The notes: generated by a model not told the origin, from the letters alone. DNA of 64,000 bases from Candidatus Omnitrophota bacterium (GCA_021731625.1 JAKFXC010000058.1:815-64814); one strand, 5' to 3'; numbered from the stretch's first letter, positions 51,501 to 61,216 are shown. A program made the numbers and translations.

Positions 51501-54500
51501 TGTACGTTGAGAAAGTTTCAGCCATGCAGGCCGTATCAAAAGCTGCCAGTCCAGCTATGGTAGTTTTCGAAGGCGCTCAGAAAATCACCCCTGAGGAAAT
51601 GGAGGGAGACAGCAAGATTTTAAGCACTTATCTGAAAAAAGAGAACATGGGAGATGTTGACGAAGCTATGAAGTCCAAGGAAACTCAATTGACCCAAATT
51701 ATCAGGGAAAACATTACTGGCAATGTCTCTATCACTTTAAACGAATTGGCTGTAGAGGCGGGGTTTGACGACCCTGCTAATAAAACTTTTCAACGGGTTC
51801 TTCTCAAATACCTTCAAACGATACCTAAAACTATTCTTCATGAACATGTTTCCGGCGTTATTTTCCCGGAAGATTTAATTAGATACTTTTTGGATGATGA
51901 ACCCTCCAAAGAAGAATTTACTGCTGATGAACGTCAAAACAGATTGGAAGCCCGCCGTGAAGCCAGACGGCGATTTGTTTTAACCGTTGATTCCCGCAGA
52001 AGCGGGATCGATTTGCAAGCCAACCCAGTGAATCCCAATAATAGTCAAGAAGAAGCAGACCGTGCTTTTCGAGAGATTTTGGAACTGCCCCAGAAAGTTC
52101 CACTAACTTTAAACGACATTAATTTGCCTAATACCGTTAAAAAACTGAAAATTTTTGTAACCTATAAAGATAAAAATGTCGATTGGAATAACTTTGAACG
52201 CGCTTTTGCTGTTATTAAAACTGTAACAGATGCGCACCCAAGATTTCGCTATGAACTCTTAAGAGAAGGTGTATTGCGGCATTTTAATCAAGACAATGTC
52301 CGTAATCTTGAATTAACCGATTTTCATAGCCAGTCGCTGGGAGAGCTCTTGAAAGAATTGGTTTCCATTGAACAGCAGCTTCATGGGGCAATGACATTGT
52401 CGGTTTTGAAAGCTTTTCGGAAAGATTATTTGGAACGGGTTTTAAAGCAGGCTGAAAAAAATGAGGACTATAGACAAGAAGTGTTTAAGCGGTATCAGGG
52501 GCAGTCATTGGATGAGGTTAAAGAAAGCATTTTCAGAGAAACTTTAAAAATGGACCAACAGTATTTTAAATTGGATCGGGAGAAAATAAAAAAAGAATTC
52601 GAGGAGGCCATCGAGCAGATCAAAGAGAATCTTAACATAGAAAAGAAGGAACAAGTCACTTTAGAAGATTTACGCAATCGGCTTATATTTGCCCTTGAGG
52701 CCCGTAAGTTAGCTTTGAAAGAAGCCAAAGATTTCGAGACAGATCTTAATCGACTAGAACTTAACGAGCCGCTCTTGCGTAAGCGTATCGGCGGTATCAG
52801 CAGCATCGGAAATGAAACAGGCTATATCAATTGGGTCGGCTCTCCTATTTTGCGTAACGCCCGCCGGATTGGGTTAAAGATTTCTTCCCATATGGGAGAA
52901 GTTTGGGAACCGAGCCAGTATGTGACGTCTTTAAAACGCATTAAATATGAAATTGAAAATGGGGTTAACCGACTCGCTCACGTGACGGTATTAGGATTGG
53001 ACTATGGACCATCAACGCGCATCCCAATATCTGAACCGGAGCGAATCGACGCTCAAAAACTTCAGGAAGAAATATTTAGTCTCCTGCTGCGGAATAATAT
53101 TCATATTGAACTTCAGCCAACCAGTCAAATCATTACCTCTGCCGATTTTAACGATTACAAAGGTCACATCATTAGGAAATTTTTTAAAATGAACAAAAAT
53201 GGCAGTGGTCTAAGTTTTTCTATTAATCCTGATGACAGCAGCATCTTCGATACCTCTTCCTCGCAAGAAGAACTTGCTGTTTGGCTCGCCAACCCGGAAC
53301 TTCCCTATTCAGTTCTGAGTCAAACGTTTCTTATGGCTAATGATGCCAGATTTTATGAGTCACCCCGCCGGGTCAAAAGACGATTGAGGAATGAACGGCG
53401 AAAGGTTTGGGCAGCGATCAAAGGTTTTAATAAACCCATTCAACGTCCCGCTATCGTAGTCATTGGGAGCGCGCGTATCCCTGATGGCGGTCCACAAGAA
53501 GAGACAGGACGAGAAATTGGGAAATTGGCTTGGGAAAATAGTACAGCGATCAAAACCGGAGGCGGTCCGGCAGCTATGAAGTGGCCTTTGGAAGAGTTCA
53601 TTAAGTCTAGAGAAGACCGTTTCAGAGCCCTGCGCAAACGAGGCTTATCTATACCTGACAACGTTCCAGTTCAGTCCATTAATGTGTTGGTGAATACGTT
53701 CGAACCCGAAAATAAATCTCTGGAACAAAATTATATGTTTCGCCATTTTGTATTCCGGAAATTAGGGCTACATTTAAACGCGCTAGGGCTTATCGGCATT
53801 CATGGCGGTCTAGGAACATGGGATGAAATTTTTGAAGGCTGGCGGCGTCGACGGGAAATATCGTTGATCGGAGAAAGTTACTATAAGCCTATTCTTGATG
53901 TGTTAAAAGATCGCTGGGAATTTGCGGGATTACTAGATCGTGTGGACTACTGGCCATTTGTGACTAACAGCAGCGAGGAAGCCTTTTATCACATCCTTGA
54001 CCATGCCGATAAACACAGAGTCATAATTCCAACTCAGAAACAAACAATGGCAGTCATCAAAGAAATGGAAAACGGCATCGACAAATTATCCGCGCTACCA
54101 CGGGCGGTCGTTATTCTGGGAAAGCCGGAAGATAATGCGTATGGACGGACGGTTCTTAATCAACTCAATGGTATTATTTCTCCGATTTTTAAGATGAAGG
54201 TTCCTGTCCGTATTGCTAGCCGTGGAATTATTTTGGGATCGGTTCTTAAGCAGGCACAGCAGCTTCGAGCGGAGTCGGTTTTGCAAGCTGTTCTGTATAA
54301 GAAAGAGGAAGTCGAGGGGCTTGTCCCAAGCGAACAGTATGTCAAACAGCATTTACCAGGGCAAACCCTATTTCTCGAAGATGATTCTAATCACCAGCTG
54401 CTGCTGACGTATGATGCGCGTGGTTATATTGTTTTGCCTGGGGTAGTTGGAATATTCAATAAACTTTTTGATATTGTGGTGGCCATGCAAACCGGCAGTA

Positions 54501-54967
54501 TACGCCGTAAACCAATTATTTTGGTGGGGCGTGAATTTTGGGAACCGATTTTAAAAATTTTGAAACAAACAATGGAGAATTATGACCCACCTTTAGTGTC
54601 TAAAGGCGATTTTGAATTGATGACAATTATTGATACACCTCAAGAGGCCACTGAAGAATTGGCCTTAAACGGCATTGGTGAAAGGACCGATGCCGCGATG
54701 ATGGGGACAGGAAACCGGGCCATGAACGACACCATCCATACAGGCCGAAAGCAAGACTTTGGCGGTATTGATCTTCAGGCGGACAAAATAAATCTGCACC
54801 GCCAAAATGATGGGCAAGAAATCAACGTTCATGCTGACCCAGCCATGATCGAGCAATTTCAAAACGCCCCCGGCTTTGTGCCGGTCATCATTAATATTCG
54901 CCCCCTGACAGATATTCGTATGTTCCTTGGCATCAATAAAGATCAGACCCACCCTAAAACAGGGTAA
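48509..54967 (+). CDS. giant exported multi-domain protein, paralog B (2152 aa from M14): shared N-domain, adenosine/AMP-deaminase-like domain, two LOG-like domains, shared C-terminal module
   Basis: Signal peptide MRTDFKSLLFSRTLCLGLCLLIAIGQGPVYA. The N-domain is homologous to 4998..8183. ADA-like motifs with correct spacings: LHEHVSG (HxH), SSHMGE (HxGE), RLAHV, ITSADF. LOG-like 1: VVIGSARI...TGGGPAAM...LIGIHGGLGTWDEI. LOG-like 2: LPGVVGIFNKLFD...KPIILVG.EFWEPI. C-terminus GGIDLQADKINL...NAPGFVPVIINIRPLTDIRMFLG. Confidence 0.6.
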   Translation: MRTDFKSLLFSRTLCLGLCLLIAIGQGPVYAQTLFINSLPPPGDMLSLSADFTPVVLRGVVVHPDKPLNFDFVIDAGNHTTDPKILRTEGERMVKYFLAALTVPSKDLWVNLSPYEHERIISKELGDTELGRDMLAQDYVLKQLTASLIYPERGLGKKFWDKVYDQARTRYGVTNIPMQTFNKVWITPASAEIYEKDNTVYVTKARLKVKLDEDFRSLTRNKINTTGAHALTPQVLRQVIIPALEKEVNEGKNFASLRQIYHATILAKWYRQAITKSLLSRFYIDKNKIKGIDLDDKTIKEQIYERYIRAYKKGVFNYIKETPMPNGQLAPRKYFSGGISQLDQIPFDHAQTVEIPTQPHFVMNVELDAPAIANPAMTPDLNFAMTSFWDDFALDRPVDSLVQGILYMESRLIPGPHYEMEWGMRQRIIDALGILNQRLKKKGGKRTVDFLKALLRENSPVYEKNPDVQETIGRVLVFLDQEAGKQVTEDHRLLKEALQIIYPNLPKKSIDQIYGNLEREDSQVSENDMKIYTLFKNRKSDLLLRNQFVLDRIFSLPGEELENLIKNFKEIDSLFAHSGLVDPLGEYVQLAYLMEMILPDVAVNYLKGLYFKNGGIKVVMRFLDSKRSFLLNDGAWMELRKLLRKMKELNGKSRTYKLDTNFYKMLNLASAFLDLGGPEKLSAALESVVPSKNQIDVAKQMESILLKQMAEFLNITSISIKPNIQEKLYMPYLSRIRVALKYIKDEKPWKLDRFKALIRATLEDRFWNFIEDESQSDEEGAEIAQHNKGVRKALAKVGINVDRWLGKQLESRLPEERFTFGQNSFIIRPIFRRPGYDVFLGDFTNCSVGMSSNQYPDGMMERLIDEGLNTIEVIDESTQKPTAAAWLFVAEDGSVVIQNLEANTNYESDPSLKNYLGEQMVAYTMKFANHVGTNLLLIGDAVHGKYWEQRGKAGFVIDHYGKNKVKFGLEKIGGYLGEKYYLTSAGEEYAYLVTDFAMYVEKVSAMQAVSKAASPAMVVFEGAQKITPEEMEGDSKILSTYLKKENMGDVDEAMKSKETQLTQIIRENITGNVSITLNELAVEAGFDDPANKTFQRVLLKYLQTIPKTILHEHVSGVIFPEDLIRYFLDDEPSKEEFTADERQNRLEARREARRRFVLTVDSRRSGIDLQANPVNPNNSQEEADRAFREILELPQKVPLTLNDINLPNTVKKLKIFVTYKDKNVDWNNFERAFAVIKTVTDAHPRFRYELLREGVLRHFNQDNVRNLELTDFHSQSLGELLKELVSIEQQLHGAMTLSVLKAFRKDYLERVLKQAEKNEDYRQEVFKRYQGQSLDEVKESIFRETLKMDQQYFKLDREKIKKEFEEAIEQIKENLNIEKKEQVTLEDLRNRLIFALEARKLALKEAKDFETDLNRLELNEPLLRKRIGGISSIGNETGYINWVGSPILRNARRIGLKISSHMGEVWEPSQYVTSLKRIKYEIENGVNRLAHVTVLGLDYGPSTRIPISEPERIDAQKLQEEIFSLLLRNNIHIELQPTSQIITSADFNDYKGHIIRKFFKMNKNGSGLSFSINPDDSSIFDTSSSQEELAVWLANPELPYSVLSQTFLMANDARFYESPRRVKRRLRNERRKVWAAIKGFNKPIQRPAIVVIGSARIPDGGPQEETGREIGKLAWENSTAIKTGGGPAAMKWPLEEFIKSREDRFRALRKRGLSIPDNVPVQSINVLVNTFEPENKSLEQNYMFRHFVFRKLGLHLNALGLIGIHGGLGTWDEIFEGWRRRREISLIGESYYKPILDVLKDRWEFAGLLDRVDYWPFVTNSSEEAFYHILDHADKHRVIIPTQKQTMAVIKEMENGIDKLSALPRAVVILGKPEDNAYGRTVLNQLNGIISPIFKMKVPVRIASRGIILGSVLKQAQQLRAESVLQAVLYKKEEVEGLVPSEQYVKQHLPGQTLFLEDDSNHQLLLTYDARGYIVLPGVVGIFNKLFDIVVAMQTGSIRRKPIILVGREFWEPILKILKQTMENYDPPLVSKGDFELMTIIDTPQEATEELALNGIGERTDAAMMGTGNRAMNDTIHTGRKQDFGGIDLQADKINLHRQNDGQEINVHADPAMIEQFQNAPGFVPVIINIRPLTDIRMFLGINKDQTHPKTG
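54758..54967 (+). repeat. dispersed C-terminal-module repeat, copy 2
   Basis: About 80% nt identity to 7968..8183 over the core. Confidence 0.6.
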
Positions 54968-55214
54968 AGTTAGCGGCAAGTCCTGGCCCTTCTTACCGTA
55001 AGTCCTTTAAATTCAATAGGCATCAAAGTCGCCCGGTAGGTCGCAAGGATCATATTCCCTGGCTGACATTGCTTTGAGGCATGTTCTTACTCGTAGTAAG
55101 AAAGTAACGAGGTAAGGAATGGCAGAAGGTACAGAAATTAGCTTCGGCTAGCAGCCCTCGCAGGGTCGGATTTTGCTATAACAAAATCCGGGAACACAGA
55201 TTCTTAAATTAAAT

Positions 55215-55248
55215 ACGGGCAGTCCTTAAGTGGGCTGCCCGTTTTTTT
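55215..55248 (+). terminator. rho-independent terminator downstream of the 2152-aa gene
   Basis: ACGGGCAG, loop tccttaagtggg, CTGCCCG, then TTTTTTT. Confidence 0.6.
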
Positions 55249-55353
55249 GTGTAAAAGAATTGCTTAAAAGGTTGAATCCAGTTTCAAACGATACTAGGAT
55301 GATTATAGTTCAAAGTCTTTAATAGAATATTTTAATTTCTTTTGGAGAAAACA

Positions 55354-58300
55354 ATGTTCAAATTTCTTCTTATTGTATTATTCTGGGTGGTCAATTTTTC
55401 GAATGTTAATACTTATGCCCAGAGTACCACGTCACCGCTTGCCATTGAGGAGCAAGAAGTTAAAAAGATCAATAATGAATTGATCAATGACCGAAAAGTA
55501 TATAAGAGGAACCCTAGAAATAAGGACCATAAAAAACGCATGGAGCGTAAGTTGCACAAACGAAGAGAAAAGATTCTAAGACTCATGCAAGAGAATCCCG
55601 ATTTACTTAAGAGAATTGCTATGAGTGATCAAGAATCAGCGGATTTGCCCCCGGATTTTCAAAATTTGGTTGAGCGTCGTGTCAAAGAAGAAGGCGCTAT
55701 GGAAGTGATTGTTGAGGATCGCAATGACGGGGCAGTTGTGCATCAGTTTTTAAGGACCCGCAAAGGCCGGAAATTTAAAATGTTTTTGCCTAAAAATATG
55801 AAGTCAAAATTTCTTTCAGGGACCAAGGTGCGTTTTGAAGCCTATCAATTGGATGATCATATGGCCTATAGTGGAAGTCCTGATCAATCGGTTCAAGTTC
55901 TATCAACTCCAGATTCAAAAGTGTTGGGAGAGCAACGGTTATTGGTTGTTATGGCTAATTTTATAGATGGAGGTCCTCAAGGTTGGCAACCGGATGTGGT
56001 CAACAATATCGTTTTTAACGAAGTTAATAATTTTTTTAAAGAAGTATCTTATAATAAAATATGGTTAACTGGTGAGACTAAAGGTTGGATAACATTGCCG
56101 ATGACCTATGAACAAGGTAAATGTCGATTGACAAGTGATGGAAGGGTAGATGAAAATTATAATCGCACAATCCGGAACAAAATTATTAATGAAATTATTC
56201 GAATCATAGATCCCCAGGTGAATTTTCATGATTTTTCACGTATTTTAATAATTTATCCGTATGAAGCTTATGTTTGTGGTTATGCGGGGATTTCCTCATT
56301 AGGTAAAGCTGATCTTGAAACAGCAGATGGTTGGGTCAAGGCTTCTTTGGCTATTGTGTTGACGCAAGCGCCATCGACATCTCTGATTGCACATGAGTTA
56401 GGGCATAGTTTTGGGGTAATGCATGCAAATAACTTAGAATGTGATAATGTCAGTATTGGCACAAGCCCGCCTTGTTATAACATTGAATATGGAGATACCG
56501 GGGATATCATGGGTAGATCAGGTATTTTTCACTTTAATGCAGCGCATAAGGATACATTAGGTTGGTTTTCTCCTTCAAATTTAGCATTGTTTGATACGGT
56601 TGGGACAAATCATTACACGATTAAACCTATAGAAATACCCACCAATGAGCTTCAAGCTTTAAAAATATTACGAGGGCAAGGTTCTCACTTTTATATAGAA
56701 AATCGAAAACCTATTGGTTTTGATATGACCAATAGATTAAATGGTGCTGCTATACATATGGCCTCAGATGTTGTTTTAGGCTCGCATTTATTAGATATGA
56801 CCCCAAAATCTCAAGGGAGTCTGGAAGATTTAAATGATGCTGTATTAAATGTTGGAAAAGTTTTTTATGATCCGGTGGGTCAAATTACGATGGAAACCTT
56901 AAGTGACACATTCCAAGATCTTCAAGTTCAAGTTAAGGTAGATCCTGACACTAATCCGCCGCAAGTTGCTATTGACACGGAAAATACAAAAAGAATGGAC
57001 TATGACCTAAATGCCGTGCAAGTACAAGTTAATTTTTTTGAAAACAGGGGTTTAAAACAAATCGAATTATTTATTGATGATCAATTGTATCAAACCTCAA
57101 CGAATTTTAGTCCTACTAGTGATCAAGTTTCAGAAAGGTTTTATTGGCAAACAACTCAATATAACGAAGGCCCGCATCGATTGGTTGCAAAAGCAACAGA
57201 TTTAGTAGGCAATCAAGCCGTGTCAGCACCAATGATTTTTCAACTTAGTAAAGCCAATACGAATCATGATCCAATAGTACGGGTGTCGGGAAATACAACG
57301 GCGTCCGTTGGCCAGTGGATTTCATTGTTTGCCATCCCAGAAGATGCTGATGTTAACGATTTTCCTTTTGTATCGTATGAGATATCCAAAGAAGGAATTC
57401 AACCATCCACGAATTTAGGTGATGAAATATTTTATTCATTATTAGGGGATGTTGATGCCAGCCAGTTATTGGACAATCGGGATGAAGAGTTTCTAGCCAA
57501 ACATTTAAGTAATCCAGTACAATTTCCTTTGACGGAAAAGCAAAAAATATTAGCAGATGTTACCCAAGATGGGTTCATTAATCAAGCTGATTTGGATTTA
57601 ATCCATAAACTTAGTACATATGAAATTATACAAGATGTTCATGTTTTTTTAGCTAAATTAAATCGGACAGGATACTACAAGGTGAATTTCATTGTATCAG
57701 ATAGAAAAAGCTTTGTTTCTAAATTGGTGGATCTTGAAATTACCAATTCATCGGGTGTTTCTACCAATACGCCTCCGGAATTTCAACCAATCGGTGCCCA
57801 ACACGTTCAAGTAGGATCGACATTAACATTTCCTTTGTTGGCAACAGATAGAGATAATGATGCCTTGTTTTATGCGTTGGAAACACCGGTGCCCAATGGA
57901 GCTCTTCTAAACGGGAATATTTTTGCTTGGACCCCGCGTCCTGAGCAAGCGCTTGCTCCTACCAATGTTTATTCTTTGGTGTTTAAAGTGACAGATCAAA
58001 AATCTTCACCCGTTTCGCAACAAATAACCATTACTGTCAACCAGATACCAAATATTCCCAAAAAATCAACTAAAACAACGTTGGCCCTGTTGTCCAATAT
58101 AAATGTGACAGCTGGAGACCCGATAGACATTGTTGCGATCGTTGGTGAAGGCCAAAACCCAACAGGCCATGTTGATTTTTATGAATCAAGTGTTGCCATT
58201 CCTTCTTGTGTTGGCTTGAGATTAAGGGCAGAATCTATTGCCTGCCATCTGCATTCGTTAAATACCGGCGATTATTTTATAACAGCCCAATATTTGGGTG

Positions 58301-61197
58301 ATCCGTTGAATGAAAATTCAACAAGTCAGGTGTTAGGAATTAAAGTAGAGAAAAAACAGAGTCAAACAAACTTGACATTATCCCCGCCGAGTGGCAATGA
58401 GTTAGGCCAATTGATCACTTTGGAAGCCACAGTCACAGGATTTTTACCATCAGGAACAGTTAGTTTTACTGATCAAGACAATTTTATCACCAACTGTGCT
58501 GCGTTGATACTCAATGGCCAAGGAAAAGTTCAATGCCAGACCAGTACCCTTGGGGTGGGGAATCACGTGATACGGGCTCGATACAACGGGGATTCAAACA
58601 ATACCGAGAGTATAACCTCCGAGCCAATCAATCTGCAGATCAATGCTAAACCCCAAGTAGCAGCCCCAAGTTTTAGCGTGCCAGAGGGAGTATATAATAG
58701 TGAGCAACTTGTTTATTTAAGTACCACAACAATGGGTGCAGAAATCCGCTATACATTAGACGGCAGCTTGCCGACTTCTAGTTACAGTCTGTATCATGGC
58801 ACAGCAATTAATGTGGCCACACAGGCAACCATTAAAGCTGTAGCATTCAAAGATGGCATGGTTGATAGTCTCGTTGCGGTGGCGAATTATACAATCCAAA
58901 TACCTCCACCACCGATCGTAGACCCGCCAATTGTTTTGCCTCCAGTTAATAGATCAATGCCCATGGCGTTTTGGTTGCTGGATGGGAATGGTTATGATGC
59001 GGTGGGTGACAATCATCTAACTTTGGCTGGAACAACGTTTGTCACAGACACAGAGCGTCAACAAGTTTATAGCCTAAACGGCAGCACGGACAAAGCAATA
59101 TCGTATCTGACGGGCCCGTCAGAGAAACTCACCATTGCCACATGGTTTAAACAGACAGCTAGTAGTCCACAGCAGGTGATTTTACAAGGAGGGAACCAAT
59201 ACAACCATGATTTTTATTACCGCTTACAAGTAGTACTTAATCAAGCAAGAAAAGTGCATTATTTGAGTGGAGGGGTAGGCAGCGGTAATGGTCAAGGTTT
59301 TGCCTGGGATGAAAACATTATTTATAAAGAAGGGTGTCCAGTATCTTTGAATGTTTGGCATTTGGGTGTACTGACCCATGATAATGCAACGCATGAGACT
59401 ATTTTGTATCTTGATGGTAATCAATGCTTCAAGGAAAAAAGCAAAAAAGATTTAGCGCCAGCACCAGGATTGACGGTTGGCGCTTTTACAAATCCTGGAT
59501 TTAACTTTTCTGGATTGTTGGATGATGTGCGCATTTATAATAGAGTGCTAAGCCCTGAAGAAATCATCATGTTATATCATTCAACGACACGCCCAGTAAA
59601 CAAAATGAGTACAACGACAACGGTTGTTAGCCATTTCAATCCAGCTACTATTGGTAGCAGCATCACATTTCTGGCGACTGTTGGTAATAATACGAATAAT
59701 GTTCCAACCGGAACTGTGACCTTCTTGGACAACGGGCAGATTATAAATGCTTGTGCTCTTGTGCCTCAAGCTAATGGCATAGCCAGTTGTACAAGTACAA
59801 TCAGTGGATTAGAAGAAATGAACCATATCATTACTGCAAGTTACGGTGGAGATGGCAACAATAGCTCTTCCGTAAGCGCGCCTATGACACAAACAGTAAC
59901 CCCTAACGTTCAAGAGAATCTAACCGCCATTTTATACGGTAGCTCAGAGTGGACGCTTGCCAAGGACCGCGTGGGCCAACAACAAGCAACAGCCATACCA
60001 GATAATGTACGCGACATTCATATTCGATTAAATAATGTGCCAAAGGCGATACAAAAAATAACCATCAAATCCCTAGGTGATGTGGGGGTGTGGGAGTGGC
60101 CGTTCAATGGCCAAAATTGGTATATCGTACGCGAACCCAACAATGGCCCTGGACAAGTAGATCTGTATTTTGATTATTGGAAGGACGTAAACACGTATAC
60201 GATTGATTTGATTTATGATGATGGAAGCTCGAAATCCGTGACCACGGTTCCAGGAATACCAGATCAGGATATAATTCCACCTAACCTGCAAGTAGCAACA
60301 CCAACTTTTAATGTCTCCGAGGGGACATATGATAGTCCACAAAGTGTTTATTTAAATACAACAACAGCGGGGGCAGAAATCCGCTATACATTAGACGGTA
60401 GTTTGCCGACTTCTAGTTCTAATCTTTATAGTGGTGCTGTAATTCAAGTGACGACAAACACAACGATCAAAGCTTTTGCGTTTAAAAATGGTATGACCGA
60501 TAGCCCTATAGCAAGTGCAACGTATACAATCAACATGCCACCAATCAATACACCGCCAGCTGGACTTAAGCTTTGGCTTAAATTTGATGAGGGCACCGGT
60601 ACAACTGTTTCGGATACATCAGGATTGTTGGGTCAACCCGTACGTCATTTTTCCTTTAGTGGAAGCCCAAGATGGGAAGCGGGAAGAATAGGAGCTTATT
60701 CAGGATTCTTTAATGGAACAAATTATCTTAGTTCTAGTGGAGTGAACCTTGGGACCTTTGCTAATTCGTTTGATAATACACAAACAGCTTGGGTTTATCC
60801 CATAAAGCCAGGAAATTCATGCGCCATTTCTTATAACTGTGACGCCATTTTTGGAGATCAACCAGGAACAGGGTATTGGGCCCTTAGTTATGATAACAAG
60901 AATTTTGTGGTTTATAATTGGGATGGCGATGAAGATCAATGCCGGGGCAAGACAGCGTATAACCTCAACGCATGGTATCATGTGGCCAGGGTGCATACGG
61001 GTGGGAAAATTTATTTATATGTTAACGGCAAGGAAGAATGCTCTGTGGCAACAGGAAGTACGCAAAAGATAACGGGAGAGTTTCGTATAGGAAATGGCTA
61101 TTATGGCAGGGGCTTTAAGGGTCGGATCGACGACGCTCGGGTGTACGACCGCGGTTTAAATGCCGATGAGATTAGTAAAATTTTTAATAGTCACTAG
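55354..61197 (+). CDS. giant secreted metzincin-type zinc metallopeptidase with Ig-like, CHB_HEX_C-like and two LamG-like (concanavalin-A-type) domains
   Basis: Signal peptide MFKFLLIVLFWVVNFSNVNTYAQ. HELGHSFGVMH matches HEXXHXXGXXH. Two GAEIRYTLDGSLPTSS...IKA(V/F)AFK(D/N)GM units. LamG signatures LDDVRIYNRVLSPEEI and IDDARVYDRGLNADEI. AT-rich. The track ORF begins at a TTG at 55342. Confidence 0.65.
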   Translation: MFKFLLIVLFWVVNFSNVNTYAQSTTSPLAIEEQEVKKINNELINDRKVYKRNPRNKDHKKRMERKLHKRREKILRLMQENPDLLKRIAMSDQESADLPPDFQNLVERRVKEEGAMEVIVEDRNDGAVVHQFLRTRKGRKFKMFLPKNMKSKFLSGTKVRFEAYQLDDHMAYSGSPDQSVQVLSTPDSKVLGEQRLLVVMANFIDGGPQGWQPDVVNNIVFNEVNNFFKEVSYNKIWLTGETKGWITLPMTYEQGKCRLTSDGRVDENYNRTIRNKIINEIIRIIDPQVNFHDFSRILIIYPYEAYVCGYAGISSLGKADLETADGWVKASLAIVLTQAPSTSLIAHELGHSFGVMHANNLECDNVSIGTSPPCYNIEYGDTGDIMGRSGIFHFNAAHKDTLGWFSPSNLALFDTVGTNHYTIKPIEIPTNELQALKILRGQGSHFYIENRKPIGFDMTNRLNGAAIHMASDVVLGSHLLDMTPKSQGSLEDLNDAVLNVGKVFYDPVGQITMETLSDTFQDLQVQVKVDPDTNPPQVAIDTENTKRMDYDLNAVQVQVNFFENRGLKQIELFIDDQLYQTSTNFSPTSDQVSERFYWQTTQYNEGPHRLVAKATDLVGNQAVSAPMIFQLSKANTNHDPIVRVSGNTTASVGQWISLFAIPEDADVNDFPFVSYEISKEGIQPSTNLGDEIFYSLLGDVDASQLLDNRDEEFLAKHLSNPVQFPLTEKQKILADVTQDGFINQADLDLIHKLSTYEIIQDVHVFLAKLNRTGYYKVNFIVSDRKSFVSKLVDLEITNSSGVSTNTPPEFQPIGAQHVQVGSTLTFPLLATDRDNDALFYALETPVPNGALLNGNIFAWTPRPEQALAPTNVYSLVFKVTDQKSSPVSQQITITVNQIPNIPKKSTKTTLALLSNINVTAGDPIDIVAIVGEGQNPTGHVDFYESSVAIPSCVGLRLRAESIACHLHSLNTGDYFITAQYLGDPLNENSTSQVLGIKVEKKQSQTNLTLSPPSGNELGQLITLEATVTGFLPSGTVSFTDQDNFITNCAALILNGQGKVQCQTSTLGVGNHVIRARYNGDSNNTESITSEPINLQINAKPQVAAPSFSVPEGVYNSEQLVYLSTTTMGAEIRYTLDGSLPTSSYSLYHGTAINVATQATIKAVAFKDGMVDSLVAVANYTIQIPPPPIVDPPIVLPPVNRSMPMAFWLLDGNGYDAVGDNHLTLAGTTFVTDTERQQVYSLNGSTDKAISYLTGPSEKLTIATWFKQTASSPQQVILQGGNQYNHDFYYRLQVVLNQARKVHYLSGGVGSGNGQGFAWDENIIYKEGCPVSLNVWHLGVLTHDNATHETILYLDGNQCFKEKSKKDLAPAPGLTVGAFTNPGFNFSGLLDDVRIYNRVLSPEEIIMLYHSTTRPVNKMSTTTTVVSHFNPATIGSSITFLATVGNNTNNVPTGTVTFLDNGQIINACALVPQANGIASCTSTISGLEEMNHIITASYGGDGNNSSSVSAPMTQTVTPNVQENLTAILYGSSEWTLAKDRVGQQQATAIPDNVRDIHIRLNNVPKAIQKITIKSLGDVGVWEWPFNGQNWYIVREPNNGPGQVDLYFDYWKDVNTYTIDLIYDDGSSKSVTTVPGIPDQDIIPPNLQVATPTFNVSEGTYDSPQSVYLNTTTAGAEIRYTLDGSLPTSSSNLYSGAVIQVTTNTTIKAFAFKNGMTDSPIASATYTINMPPINTPPAGLKLWLKFDEGTGTTVSDTSGLLGQPVRHFSFSGSPRWEAGRIGAYSGFFNGTNYLSSSGVNLGTFANSFDNTQTAWVYPIKPGNSCAISYNCDAIFGDQPGTGYWALSYDNKNFVVYNWDGDEDQCRGKTAYNLNAWYHVARVHTGGKIYLYVNGKEECSVATGSTQKITGEFRIGNGYYGRGFKGRIDDARVYDRGLNADEISKIFNSH

Positions 61198-61216
61198 AAT
61201 AATTACGGCTGACAGA

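Noticed and set aside
54968-55341. Looked for a tRNA-fMet 3'-end direct repeat or an integrase marking the island boundary.
   Set aside because: None was found by eye inside the window. The island call therefore rests on composition and gene content only.
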